Below, in pieces: positions 32,834-42,637 of a stretch of 64,000 nt of DNA. The stretch comes from Candidatus Poseidoniaceae archaeon (lineage in GTDB: Archaea > Thermoplasmatota > Poseidoniia > Poseidoniales > Poseidoniaceae), in NCBI GenBank assembly GCA_045568435.1, contig JBJLBB010000001.1, positions 492,413 to 556,412 of the forward strand. The letters are read 5' to 3'. Every line of letters begins with the position of its first letter. The first letter of the stretch is position 1. The notes under the pieces were generated by a model. That model saw only the letters and a list, made by a program, of their open reading frames with translations. It made no database searches and was not told the DNA's origin. The position numbers and the translations under genes were made by a program.

Positions 32834-33169
32834 ATGGCGATTAGTGCTGAACAGGTCTTGGCTGAGATCGGACCGGTTCAAGAAGTCCTTGATGCGCACG
32901 ATGGAGTCGTGACGGTCTTAGACACTTCAGACGGCAATATTATGCTCTCTTTAGACGGTGGATGTACAGGATGTTCATCCACTCCAATGACCGCTATGCA
33001 GATATTTTATGCATTGATGAAACTGGATAATGTTAACGATGTTATTTTTGTAAATGGCGAATTACCTGAGTATATGAGAGACTTCATCAATAAAAAAATG
33101 GCCAAAGAAGCCGCTTCAACTGAAAATTCATCATCTGATGAAGGCCAACCTCGTGGAGAAATCATCTGA
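32834..33169 (+). CDS. NifU-like (Nfu C-terminal domain) Fe-S cluster scaffold-type small protein.
   Basis: LSLDGGCTGCSSTPMTAMQ: GGCxGC motif in an Nfu-like context; 111 aa. Confidence 0.55.
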   Translation: MAISAEQVLAEIGPVQEVLDAHDGVVTVLDTSDGNIMLSLDGGCTGCSSTPMTAMQIFYALMKLDNVNDVIFVNGELPEYMRDFINKKMAKEAASTENSSSDEGQPRGEII

Positions 33170-33505
33170 TTACTCTTCTTCGGATTTTTTCCCAATACTG
33201 TGAGGATTTGCTCCAAAGGAAACATTTGTTCCTCTAATGTTTAATCTAGCAGAAATTGCTAAGATGATACAAACTAATGAAAGCGGCTTAGGAAGATAGT
33301 TAGAGCCCCAAAGAGAACCACCTGAAAGCGATAACCACCAAAGTACACCTGCAGCGAGTACAAGTGTCAATGCAATGGTGTTTTGTGCCATTAATTCAGC
33401 TTTTTCCGAGCGTGAAAAGGTGGCGATGAAAGTAAAAAGAATGGCAGATATACCACATAATGCCTCTGCAAGGTGTTCTATGAAAACTGGGTCGACACCT
33501 GCCAT
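33170..33505 (-). CDS. Hypothetical small membrane protein.
   Basis: Three predicted TM helices (ISAILFTFIATF; IALTLVLAAGVLWWLSL; LSLVCIILAISA). No motifs. Confidence 0.35.
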   Translation of the reverse strand: MAGVDPVFIEHLAEALCGISAILFTFIATFSRSEKAELMAQNTIALTLVLAAGVLWWLSLSGGSLWGSNYLPKPLSLVCIILAISARLNIRGTNVSFGANPHSIGKKSEEE

Positions 33506-33579
33506 AGTATTGCCAGCAGGTCGTGGTTCTTAAGCAATCGAGGGGCAAGGTTTGAGAAGTACCAGTTCTCGTTTAGTTC

Positions 33580-35517
33580 ATGGCTGGTGGCGCGTTTGTA
33601 CTCCCTAAGCCGCGCCCAAGGGGGCCACCATATTTTTCTAGAAACCAAGTGGCCCAAGCACTACATCAAGTAGCAGTGCTTTTGGAGTTAAACGGGGCTA
33701 ATGTATTTCGAGTCCGTTCATATCAAAATGCAAGTAGAATGCTTGGTGGCCTAACCCAAGACCTTGGAGAGTTAGTTGCCAGTGGCGAATTATTCGAACT
33801 CAAAGGAATCGGCAAAGGACTCGGATCTGCTCTTTCACAAGCAATTGGCGAAGGTCGATGGCCCGATGATTGGATTGCATTACACCAAGATACACCTGAA
33901 GGAATGATCGAAATGTTGGGTATTCCTGGCCTTGGCCCAAAAAGAATCAAAATTATGAATCAAGAACTTGGTGTTGATTCAATAGCAACTCTAAGAGAAG
34001 CAGCAGAAGATGATTCTATCGCTGGACTGAAAGGTTTTGGTGCTAAATCACAACAGAGAATGTTGGATGGTATTGAATTATTGGCAAGGTTTAGGTCGAG
34101 AAGAAGATTGGATATCGGGCTGAAATATGGTGAGGCTTTTGAACAAAGAATTGCAAACATACCGGGTGTTCAAAAGGCTCAACTTGCAGGCAGTGCAAGA
34201 AGAAGAAAAGACACTATTGGAGACTTAGACCTTGTTGTGGGTGTTGAGGATAAAGACAAGGAAAGTGTATCCAATGCAATTTTACAGTTACCCGGAATTG
34301 CTGATATCAAAGGCGCAGGAGATTCTAAAATCAGTCTAATCTTAGACACGAGTATATTTGATGAAAACTTCTCTATTGGCCATATCGACACCAATGTACT
34401 GGACGCAATCGGTGGTGATGACTACGAGCAACTCGAGGCTGGTGGAACTATTGATGCTCAAGTTCGTTTGGTTAGTCTCGAGGTTTTCCCATTCACCTTA
34501 GCATACTTCACAGGCAGTAAAGAACACAACATAGCAATGCGACAAAGAGCAATCGACAGAGGCCTACGCCTTAGTGAATTTGGACTGATTCCTGAAAAGG
34601 ATGCAGGTGATTTGAAAGGTATGGCAGCAGCCGAATTTTCTCTTTCCGCAGTTGACGAAAATGAGATTTATCAACATCTCGAACTTGACTGGGTAACTCC
34701 AGAACTTCGTGAAGATACAGGAGAAATTCTTGCAGCTGAAAGTGCAAATCTACCACAACTAATCGTTCAGAGTGACATCAAAGGTTCCCTTCACAACCAC
34801 ACCACACTGTCTGATGGCGAAGCAAGTTTGGAGCAAATGGCTGATGCAGCGAGAAAGATTGGATGGAATTGGCTTGGTCTTGCTGACCACTCCCCGACAT
34901 TGAAAATTGCTAATGGTGCAAGTGCTGAAGACCTATTAGCACAAGGTCAATTAATCAAGAGATATAATTCTGAGTGGGCTGAACAAGGAGTAGATTTCAG
35001 ACTATTTCACGGAGTCGAATCCGATATACTTGAAGGTGGCAAGTTAGACCATCCAGACGATGTCTTAGCAGAGTTAGACTATACTGTTGCTTCTGTTCAT
35101 GCGATGAATAAATGGAAAGGTCGTGATGAGCAAACCAATACTGAAGAATTGATGAAATGTATTGACCATCCTTCAACCACAATTCTCGGCCATCCAACTG
35201 GACGCATCTTACAAGGTAGGGACGGTTATGAAGTAGATATGTTTGCAATAATTGAATACATGGCGGAATATAATAAAAATGGGGAAATGAAAGCCGTTGA
35301 ACTCAATGCGAGTCCTTACCGCCTTGACCTTGATTGGCGATTATGTAAATTCGCTAAGACAAATGAAGTTCCTGTAATCATTAATCCTGATGCCCACTCG
35401 ATTAGAGGACTTGGCGATATTGCTTATGGAGTAATGGCTGCAAGAAAAGGCTGGTTAGAATCAGGAGATGTACTAAATTCCCTTAGTGGAGAAGATTTAG
35501 CAAACCGTCTAAAATAG
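33580..35517 (+). CDS. polX: Family X DNA polymerase (PolX) with C-terminal PHP phosphoesterase domain.
   Basis: N-terminal HhH region (...VRSYQNASRML...GIGKGLGSALSQAI...), pol-beta-like nucleotidyltransferase motif GSARRRKDTIGDLDLVV, PHP motifs LHNHTTLSDGEAS...LGLADHSP...HPTGR. Confidence 0.88.
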   Translation: MAGGAFVLPKPRPRGPPYFSRNQVAQALHQVAVLLELNGANVFRVRSYQNASRMLGGLTQDLGELVASGELFELKGIGKGLGSALSQAIGEGRWPDDWIALHQDTPEGMIEMLGIPGLGPKRIKIMNQELGVDSIATLREAAEDDSIAGLKGFGAKSQQRMLDGIELLARFRSRRRLDIGLKYGEAFEQRIANIPGVQKAQLAGSARRRKDTIGDLDLVVGVEDKDKESVSNAILQLPGIADIKGAGDSKISLILDTSIFDENFSIGHIDTNVLDAIGGDDYEQLEAGGTIDAQVRLVSLEVFPFTLAYFTGSKEHNIAMRQRAIDRGLRLSEFGLIPEKDAGDLKGMAAAEFSLSAVDENEIYQHLELDWVTPELREDTGEILAAESANLPQLIVQSDIKGSLHNHTTLSDGEASLEQMADAARKIGWNWLGLADHSPTLKIANGASAEDLLAQGQLIKRYNSEWAEQGVDFRLFHGVESDILEGGKLDHPDDVLAELDYTVASVHAMNKWKGRDEQTNTEELMKCIDHPSTTILGHPTGRILQGRDGYEVDMFAIIEYMAEYNKNGEMKAVELNASPYRLDLDWRLCKFAKTNEVPVIINPDAHSIRGLGDIAYGVMAARKGWLESGDVLNSLSGEDLANRLK

Positions 35518-35552
35518 AATACCTTCATCATGGTCGGCGATTTGCGTACATC

Positions 35553-35750
35553 ATGCGCCTTCTTAGGACCATGATTATGGGGAGTATGATGGTATTACCT
35601 GGCTTGTTCTTGGCACTTCTTATCTGGTACATTGCAGGGAAACCTGAAACAGAGCCTCTAGAATCTCTAATCTGTAATGTAATTCCTCTAACATCAATCG
35701 GCCTTGGTCTGTTTTTCGGTTGGAAAACTGGCGGAGAATATGCAAATTAG
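35553..35750 (+). CDS. Hypothetical small two-TM membrane protein immediately downstream of polX.
   Basis: MRLLRTMIMGSMMVLPGLFLALLIWYIAGKPETEPLESLICNVIPLTSIGLGLFFGWKTGG: two hydrophobic helices; in the same orientation between polX and nth. Confidence 0.35.
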   Translation: MRLLRTMIMGSMMVLPGLFLALLIWYIAGKPETEPLESLICNVIPLTSIGLGLFFGWKTGGEYAN

Positions 35751-36070
35751 GCCTGATTATTATGTCAACCCAATACTCGATTGAAGATTGGGAATCAATC
35801 GTCAAACATTTCAAAACCTTATTCGATGGAATGGGTGAAATCGATCATACCAATAAATCGATTAGATTTTCATCGGTTAAACCTGATGTCATGACAAGTA
35901 TATCGATCAATAAAGACGGAAGTTTTGATGCTTCAATGCCTTTACATGGTGCTGAAGGAATTGTTGAGAAAGTATCATTTAGCAAATCAAATGTAATTAT
36001 GACAGGACAAAATTTGAACTATACATATCGAATTCCACCTGAAATATTAAGCAAGAGGATTAGTGATTGA
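35720..36070 (+). CDS. Hypothetical protein. The likely start is the ATG near 35762 (MSTQYSIEDWE...); its end overlaps the nth start.
   Basis: Open frame only; sits inside the polX-nth cluster. Confidence 0.4.
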   Translation: MENWRRICKLGLIIMSTQYSIEDWESIVKHFKTLFDGMGEIDHTNKSIRFSSVKPDVMTSISINKDGSFDASMPLHGAEGIVEKVSFSKSNVIMTGQNLNYTYRIPPEILSKRISD

Positions 36071-36722
36071 TTTGAAGCGTTCACAAAAAGCTGAAAAAAT
36101 CGTTGAGATGCTGGAAGAATTTTACCCTGAAACTCCCGTCCCTTTAGACCATCAAAATACATTCCAACTATTGGTAGCGGTTTTGATGAGCGCTCAAACA
36201 ACTGACTTGAAGGTCAATCAAGTGACACCTGCACTTTTCAAAAAAGCACCTGATGCAAAATCGATGGTTAAATTATCTGTTGAAACGATTCTAAATGATA
36301 TCCGCCAAGTCGGCTTAGCGCCTACTAAAGCAAAGAATATTCATCGTTTGTCCGAAATGCTGGTCGAACAATATGATGGTGAAGTTCCAAAAGGTTTTGA
36401 ACCCTTAGAGGCATTACCAGGTGTTGGACATAAGACTGCAGGAGTTGTGATGGCACAAGCATTTGGAGTGCCTGCATTCCCAGTTGATACTCATATCCAT
36501 AGACTTGCAGCAAGATGGGGCTTATCTAATGGCAAGAATGTCGAAAAAACTGAGAAAGACCTGAAGGCTGTCTTTCCAAAACATCTGTGGAATAAGTTGC
36601 ATTTACAGATTATTTTCTTTGGCAGAGAATACTGCCCAGCAAGAAATCATGACTTAACAAAGTGTCCTATCTGTTCTTGGACAGCCACTAAAAAGCGTAT
36701 ATTAGAAGAATCTAAACGATGA
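36063..36722 (+). CDS. nth: Endonuclease III (HhH-GPD DNA glycosylase/AP lyase).
   Basis: HhH-GPD core LPGVGHKTAGVVMAQAFGVPAFPVDTHIHRLAARWGL and a C-terminal Cys cluster (CPARNHDLTKCPICSW). Confidence 0.85.
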   Translation: MIDLKRSQKAEKIVEMLEEFYPETPVPLDHQNTFQLLVAVLMSAQTTDLKVNQVTPALFKKAPDAKSMVKLSVETILNDIRQVGLAPTKAKNIHRLSEMLVEQYDGEVPKGFEPLEALPGVGHKTAGVVMAQAFGVPAFPVDTHIHRLAARWGLSNGKNVEKTEKDLKAVFPKHLWNKLHLQIIFFGREYCPARNHDLTKCPICSWTATKKRILEESKR

Positions 36723-37163
36723 TTAGAACAATCCAATATTACTTGATGCCAAGTTGGTTATGACGAGTATTCCACCAATAATAACCGATATACGTAGTGC
36801 TGTGTGATGAGCGTTCCCGTCATATCCTTCGCGAATAAATGCATAGCCAATCATACCAAGAGCTGCTGATTGCATCATTGCTCCTAAGGCACCCAAGGTT
36901 CCCACTAGAGAATTATGACTTGTAAGAGCATCTGTATATTTTTCAGCATCATCATAATCACTCACTACTGGCTCTCCTGTGAGGTTTGGAATCTCGGTTA
37001 GAATCGCTGCCGCTACAACCAGAATAACGCCCACCATCAACCATCTTTGGAATGAATAGGCCCCGTATTTGTCAAGGAATTTCGGTTGTGGTTGGTACGC
37101 TGCCATAGGCTGCATAGGTTGAGGTTGCTGGGCTACTACTGGGGGAGAGGGTGCTGGTTGCAT
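36723..37163 (-). CDS. Hypothetical membrane protein with Pro/Gln-rich N-terminus, downstream of flaJ.
   Basis: MQPAPSPPVVAQQPQPMQPMAAYQPQP... followed by 3 TM helices. Confidence 0.4.
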   Translation of the reverse strand: MQPAPSPPVVAQQPQPMQPMAAYQPQPKFLDKYGAYSFQRWLMVGVILVVAAAILTEIPNLTGEPVVSDYDDAEKYTDALTSHNSLVGTLGALGAMMQSAALGMIGYAFIREGYDGNAHHTALRISVIIGGILVITNLASSNIGLF

Positions 37164-37204
37164 AATTTGTGATTATACAACTCAATCTATCAAGGTTTTC
37201 AAAT

Positions 37205-39013
37205 CTAAACCGAGAATATAGAGGATGCTGAGTCAAGTATCACTGACGTAAGTAATGAGGTAAGGCCAGCGATCCAAAGGAGATTAATCGACTGTCCTAG
37301 AGCACTGGTTTTACCTCCACCTCTAAGCCTAGTAGCAATCATTGATACCGCTATTACTTGAACCAAAATTAGTATAGACACTACTATCTTGAACATCCTA
37401 ATGTTTTCACCCACAGAACTAGAATCTTCCATCACAGGTAAAGCGACACCACCACCGAAATCCGAGAGTGCTGAGACATCAGTATCAGCAAGACCACTCG
37501 CAACACCAGCAATGGCATCACCCAATTGAAGAACAATCGAAATGGTAACGTTGAGACTGGTTACGCTTGCAATCAACAATCCTATTGCTACACCCCACAT
37601 GGTGTTTGCTGAAAGTGCACGTCGACGTCTTAGAGAAAGCAGACTACCTACTGAACGAGATACCATTTCAGCAGTTTCAGCAGGCCGCCCAGATGACTGA
37701 GAACCTTCGATGTAAATACGCATATATCTTGATATGACGGATGAATTGGTATCTGCATTGAAATAATCCCATGCACGGTCAGAATCAATACGGGTTGAAA
37801 GTCTCTTTTCCAATCTATCAATTGAATTGTCTAACATACCAAAATCAATTCCTCTTAGTGCCTTGATAGTAGCAGAAGGTTCGGCAGAACGTGCTTGAGC
37901 AGTACCGCCTAATGCTCTAATGAAATCAGGATATGTTTCATCGCGACGTAAAACTTGTTTCTCTTCACGACTTACCATCAATGAAGGGAAAATTAGTGGC
38001 GTTAGCGGTATAGCAACGATTAGAAGACCATATTTATCCCATTGGTCTGACAAAGCATCCCAAGCAGAAATTACTGAGATGAACATCACTAATGCTAAGA
38101 AGATAGATATGCCACCTGAAATCAAAAAAGACCTTCTGAAATTAATCCTAAATGGTGTATCCATCTCATCTCTGGCAAATGTTTGATCTTCGGGGATAGT
38201 TGCCCTAAATGCAAATACTGCACCAATCTGAACTATGATAAATATCAAACCTGTCAAAAGTAAGAAACGTATTCTACTAAAAACTTCAATAGGTGTAGAG
38301 TCTGAAGAACCTACCTCGAATAAGACCAAATGAATTCCAGCAATTACCAATGCGAAAAGGCCTGCAGAAACCAATGACACATAAATTTCCTTTAGAGTAT
38401 CCACGGATTCTAATCTTGTATCATATAATGTAGTATATTGCTCAGCAACTGTTTCTTGTTCAGCGCGCATGAATTCATCAATAGGCTGGCCTGCTTCGAT
38501 AGAGAACGCCATTCGGTCGAGGAAATCGGTCCATAATGGACTTGGACTTTGTTGAGCAACAATTCTTGCAGCCTCAGGTAAAGAAGTATGCCACTTATCT
38601 ACAAGTGTCTCAATTCTCTTTACTTCCGATGCCAATTCCCCATAATCGCTCATCTGTTTTAGAATATCAAATATTGATTTGGCGCCGACTTCACCTAGTG
38701 ATAAAATCCCCATACGTGTGATGAACATATGCATCTCTTTTTCAATACGAGTAGCTGAACGTTGTACTTCCAAAAATGGAAAAGATAGCGCCGCTAATGC
38801 TGTAATTAATGGGAATACTAGAATCATCAAAATTCCAGCAAAACCTTGGAATAGGGCACCTTCACCTAAACCTCCTGTAAGATAAATTAGAATTATTGCA
38901 GTGATAAGACCAATTAGGCCTGCACCGCCAACAAAAACAACCAAGAAACGTATAATTGGCATTTCTAAGCGACGAATGGCCACTTGCCAAATTGGCATTC
39001 TTTCCATGTTCAT
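37205..39013 (-). CDS. flaJ: Archaellum assembly polytopic membrane protein FlaJ (ArlJ).
   Basis: 602-aa multi-TM protein with two cytoplasmic domains, TadB/TadC-like; last gene of a flaB...flaH-flaI-flaJ array. Confidence 0.8.
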   Translation of the reverse strand: MNMERMPIWQVAIRRLEMPIIRFLVVFVGGAGLIGLITAIILIYLTGGLGEGALFQGFAGILMILVFPLITALAALSFPFLEVQRSATRIEKEMHMFITRMGILSLGEVGAKSIFDILKQMSDYGELASEVKRIETLVDKWHTSLPEAARIVAQQSPSPLWTDFLDRMAFSIEAGQPIDEFMRAEQETVAEQYTTLYDTRLESVDTLKEIYVSLVSAGLFALVIAGIHLVLFEVGSSDSTPIEVFSRIRFLLLTGLIFIIVQIGAVFAFRATIPEDQTFARDEMDTPFRINFRRSFLISGGISIFLALVMFISVISAWDALSDQWDKYGLLIVAIPLTPLIFPSLMVSREEKQVLRRDETYPDFIRALGGTAQARSAEPSATIKALRGIDFGMLDNSIDRLEKRLSTRIDSDRAWDYFNADTNSSVISRYMRIYIEGSQSSGRPAETAEMVSRSVGSLLSLRRRRALSANTMWGVAIGLLIASVTSLNVTISIVLQLGDAIAGVASGLADTDVSALSDFGGGVALPVMEDSSSVGENIRMFKIVVSILILVQVIAVSMIATRLRGGGKTSALGQSINLLWIAGLTSLLTSVILDSASSIFSV

Positions 39014-39018
39014 ACCTC

Positions 39019-40752
39019 CTAACTATGATTGACTCCAGTCCATGAGTCAATTGCTCTATCAAAGGATTCAAAGCCATTATTATAATAAATTCCAAGCAAA
39101 TCAAAGACATCATCATAGTGAGTTAAATCTCTATCTGCCATCTTTTGAAGTGATGCTGCTCTGTTAAGCATCTCATCATAGATGTCACGCTTGTTAGCAA
39201 AACCAGCCATAGCAGCAATTTTGTTTTCCAAAAGGTGACTTTGGAACATACCACGGAAATAGTGCTTATCCTTGACAGGGTCCCATTCGAACATACCACG
39301 AGTCAACACACCATCGCTATGTTTGTTGTAACCAATTACTTCGTCAATACCTGTGACACGTCTGGCGATTCCTCCCCCAGGTGCCTCAACTACTTCTTGG
39401 AAAATTGCGAAATTCAAGTTATCGAAGAAACGAATTGGAACATTGATTGGGTCACCAGTAAATCTTTGAATCATTTTTACGATTGAAGATGCGTGGAATG
39501 TAGCGATAACCGGGTGACCAGTCTGCATCGCTTGGAATGCTGTTGCACCCTCAACACCACGTATCTCACCGATAATGATGTATCTTGGACGACTTCTTAG
39601 AGCGGCTTTCAGCAAGTCGAACATCTCAACTCTTGATTCTTCATTCTTAGAATCACGAGTAACAAGTCGTTGCCATATCTTGTGACGTACTTTAACTTCA
39701 GGAGTATCTTCTGCTGAGTATATCTTGACATTGTGGTCAATGAATGGTAAAATTGCATTTAACGTCGTAGTTTTACCAGATGCTGTTTCTCCAGATACCA
39801 GAACTGACATACCATATTCTAAGCAGATCCATATGTATGCTGCTACTTGAGTAGAAATAGTACCCCATTTGATCAGTTGGATAATTGAAATTGTTTCTTC
39901 CGCGAATTTACGGATAGTGAATGACGGACCTAACATAGATACATCGTCTGAGAAAATGATATTGATACGTGAACCGTCCAACAATGCACCATCAATAATT
40001 GGTTTGTTGTCTGAAACTGGACGTCCGATACGTTCGGACATTGCTCTTAGATATCTTGAGAGAATCTCTCTCTCACGGAATCGAATATTAGAAGTGACCA
40101 TTCCAAACACTTTGTGGTCCATATGAATATGCTTTAGGCCGATTGAGTGTATATCTTCCAGCATCTCATCAGAAAGAAGGGGCTCAAGTGGACCATTTTT
40201 AATTAAATCTCTAATTACAATATATTGTAATCTATCTCTTTGTTCTGGTGAAACAACAAGTCTCTTATCGTCCATACCAATCATTTCCCAAAACCTTCCT
40301 TGGCGGCGGACTGTTGAGCCAACCTCGCTGTCTAGCATTGTGAATCTGTCAACCATTTGTTCCAGAATATTCTCAAATTCTCCATCTGTGGTAAAAGTAG
40401 GAGCAGTTGGTGCTTCTTGAAGTAATGTCTCCACTAATTCACGTCTAATGTTTTCTTCTTCCTCGCTTAATTGAGGTTCAAGACCAAACCAAAGAATTTC
40501 TCCACCAGCTCCATCTTCATCTTCAGGAGGTTCGTAAATGTGAATGAAAATTGGTTCTTTAGCAGAGTAAATTAGATTATATGGCCTCTCTTTCTTAGCA
40601 TCACGGTCTAATGGACCATAATAAATCGGCCTAGAGCCGTATCTTGATTCAAAGTCACGAACCCAATCTCCAACGTGTGGAAAAGCAGCCATTACGCTGT
40701 TGAGGTCGCCCTTTGCAAAACGTGGTTCATCTGCCATTGAATCCCTCCTCAA
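39019..40752 (-). CDS. flaI: Archaellum ATPase FlaI (ArlI), type II/IV secretion-family ATPase.
   Basis: Walker A LVSGETASGKTTTLNAIL plus downstream Asp/His boxes; 577 aa; between flaH and flaJ. Confidence 0.9.
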   Translation of the reverse strand: MRRDSMADEPRFAKGDLNSVMAAFPHVGDWVRDFESRYGSRPIYYGPLDRDAKKERPYNLIYSAKEPIFIHIYEPPEDEDGAGGEILWFGLEPQLSEEEENIRRELVETLLQEAPTAPTFTTDGEFENILEQMVDRFTMLDSEVGSTVRRQGRFWEMIGMDDKRLVVSPEQRDRLQYIVIRDLIKNGPLEPLLSDEMLEDIHSIGLKHIHMDHKVFGMVTSNIRFREREILSRYLRAMSERIGRPVSDNKPIIDGALLDGSRINIIFSDDVSMLGPSFTIRKFAEETISIIQLIKWGTISTQVAAYIWICLEYGMSVLVSGETASGKTTTLNAILPFIDHNVKIYSAEDTPEVKVRHKIWQRLVTRDSKNEESRVEMFDLLKAALRSRPRYIIIGEIRGVEGATAFQAMQTGHPVIATFHASSIVKMIQRFTGDPINVPIRFFDNLNFAIFQEVVEAPGGGIARRVTGIDEVIGYNKHSDGVLTRGMFEWDPVKDKHYFRGMFQSHLLENKIAAMAGFANKRDIYDEMLNRAASLQKMADRDLTHYDDVFDLLGIYYNNGFESFDRAIDSWTGVNHS

Positions 40753-41483
40753 CTTACCGCCGTAATATCAACGATGAAGCCCATACTAGGCTCAACACGC
40801 CATCCAACAGATGTTTGAACCGGACCTGCGGCTCTTAAGAATCTGGTAACTACAATACTTCTCTTTAGGTCTCCACCTATGAGATTAGTCGATAAATCCA
40901 ATACAACTTCAGAAGATGCTCTCATTGAATGAAGCAACTTATGGTCCATTTCATCAGGGTCAACGCACAACATAATTGAACGACCTTCAGATGAAACCTT
41001 ACGTAATCTTTGCATCATTTCAAACCTCTGATTTTCATCAAGCGAGTCTGGCATCAATGCACTTGCAGAATCAAGAATAATTACGTCTGCTTGCTTTATT
41101 GCATCACTGTTAAGCACTTGCTCTAAACCAACTTCAGCTTTGGATTCTGCAATAGTCCCAAATCGGCTGAAAATCATCAACTGTCCATCTCTGAGATATT
41201 CAGTAACTCCATATCCAATCGATTCCATCTGTTCAATCCATCCTCTAGTGGTAAGTTCTGTAGTTATGACAAGAATTTTTGTACCATTCTCTAACATACC
41301 ATGAACGAGTCTTTGGGCAATCAGAGATTTACCAGCACCGACAACTCCTTGAACAACATACAAAGAACGATTTGGAAGTCTTAGACCCATTGTATCTGCA
41401 AGTGAATCGGTTTCTACATCAAATGGAAAACCATCCTCAACAGGCTTGTGAGGGATAAATAGTGGGTCTTCTTCAGACTTCAT
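40749..41483 (-). CDS. flaH: Archaellum protein FlaH (ArlH), KaiC/RecA-like ATP-binding protein.
   Basis: Walker A VVQGVVGAGKSLIAQ; 244 aa; 4-nt overlap with the flaI start. Confidence 0.8.
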   Translation of the reverse strand: MKSEEDPLFIPHKPVEDGFPFDVETDSLADTMGLRLPNRSLYVVQGVVGAGKSLIAQRLVHGMLENGTKILVITTELTTRGWIEQMESIGYGVTEYLRDGQLMIFSRFGTIAESKAEVGLEQVLNSDAIKQADVIILDSASALMPDSLDENQRFEMMQRLRKVSSEGRSIMLCVDPDEMDHKLLHSMRASSEVVLDLSTNLIGGDLKRSIVVTRFLRAAGPVQTSVGWRVEPSMGFIVDITAVS

Positions 41484-41982
41484 TAACTCTCACCTCTTGA
41501 TTGATTACTGTTTGTCCAGAATATCCGCCAACCGATATTGATTCAGCGAAGATAGAAAACGAGATTTCAGTATCGTCAACTAATCCCCAGGTACCTGAAA
41601 CTTCGACTTCAAGAAGTTGTCCTGAAGCCCAAATTACGCCCGATGGTAAAATAGTTGTAGATGTATCAACATCTGCTATAATTTCACCATTCAATTGGAT
41701 AAATAATGAGGATTCATCAAGTTCATACTGACCTGTATTTTGAAGATAGAAAGTTATCTTCTCATCAGCAGGATTCGAAGTATCATATTCAATATTAGAT
41801 AAATCTCCTGCGAATTTCATTTCAGTATTGAAATCAGCCTCATCTCCACGCCGTTGTTGGTCAAAACTAGTCGCCATTTCTCCCCATTGGGAGATCAATA
41901 CGGCAGAGACACTACCTGAAACCAGAAGTGCGGTTGCAAGCAAAATGAATGATGAAGCTCCTCCGTCTGCCATTGATAACAC
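41473..41982 (-). CDS. flaG: Archaellum protein FlaG-like (ArlG).
   Basis: 169 aa; N-terminal TM (SSFILLATALLVSGSVSAVLI) then a beta-rich domain; position between the flaF-like gene and flaH. The F-versus-G assignment rests on gene order only. Confidence 0.5.
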   Translation of the reverse strand: MLSMADGGASSFILLATALLVSGSVSAVLISQWGEMATSFDQQRRGDEADFNTEMKFAGDLSNIEYDTSNPADEKITFYLQNTGQYELDESSLFIQLNGEIIADVDTSTTILPSGVIWASGQLLEVEVSGTWGLVDDTEISFSIFAESISVGGYSGQTVINQEVRVNEV

Positions 41983-41983
41983 C

Positions 41984-42637
41984 TCAGTCTAAAGCCCTCG
42001 CTAGGTTATATCCATGAGAAGAAACCGCCATTGTAGTAAATGTCGAAGACCCAAATCCTCTCCATTCAATGTTGATGGTTTCTCCTGAATACCAATTTGA
42101 TGTTGCTCCTGGCACTAATACGTCCATTGTTCTAGCATTACTGCCATCTACGAATAGCCATACATCCTCTTGCGGAAGTACAACTGGTCCATTATTTGTC
42201 ACATTGGTATGGATAACTGTACCTAAAGTGGCTTGTAAGTTTGCTACTGTAACTCCTACAGGTGGGCTGTCTACCTGAATAGCCGGCGCTGGGGAAGAGT
42301 AATTCCCATGACTGGTGATTGTCACGGCGTTAATTTCCCCTGTTGCCGGAATTACGGTAAAATCGGCAGTAAAACCACCGGCTACTCCAGTACTCAATGT
42401 ACCATTGACATAGCCAGCACCACCATCTACGATTGTGATACTAATTACAGCTCCTTCCCAAATTGTCGCATCATCAATAGTGAATGATGGTAACGGGTCA
42501 TTGGCCGAATCAAGAGCATCTAATGATGAGTCCATCCTAACATCTAATGTAGTAATTGCTAAAGCAAAAACCACCATTAGGGATGTACCCACTATTAGCC
42601 CTCCTATTCCGACCGATGCGCCCATTTCACTCTTCAC
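41984..42637 (-). CDS. flaF: Archaellum protein FlaF-like (ArlF).
   Basis: 217 aa; N-terminal TM (VGIGGLIVGTSLMVVFALAITT) then a beta-sandwich-like domain; position after the FlaC/D/E-like gene. Confidence 0.5.
   Translation of the reverse strand: MKSEMGASVGIGGLIVGTSLMVVFALAITTLDVRMDSSLDALDSANDPLPSFTIDDATIWEGAVISITIVDGGAGYVNGTLSTGVAGGFTADFTVIPATGEINAVTITSHGNYSSPAPAIQVDSPPVGVTVANLQATLGTVIHTNVTNNGPVVLPQEDVWLFVDGSNARTMDVLVPGATSNWYSGETINIEWRGFGSSTFTTMAVSSHGYNLARALD

Noticed and set aside
37920-39116. Several 60-90-aa ORFs overlapping flaJ/flaI on either strand.
   Set aside because: Embedded in long ORFs with clear FlaJ/FlaI signatures; no independent support.
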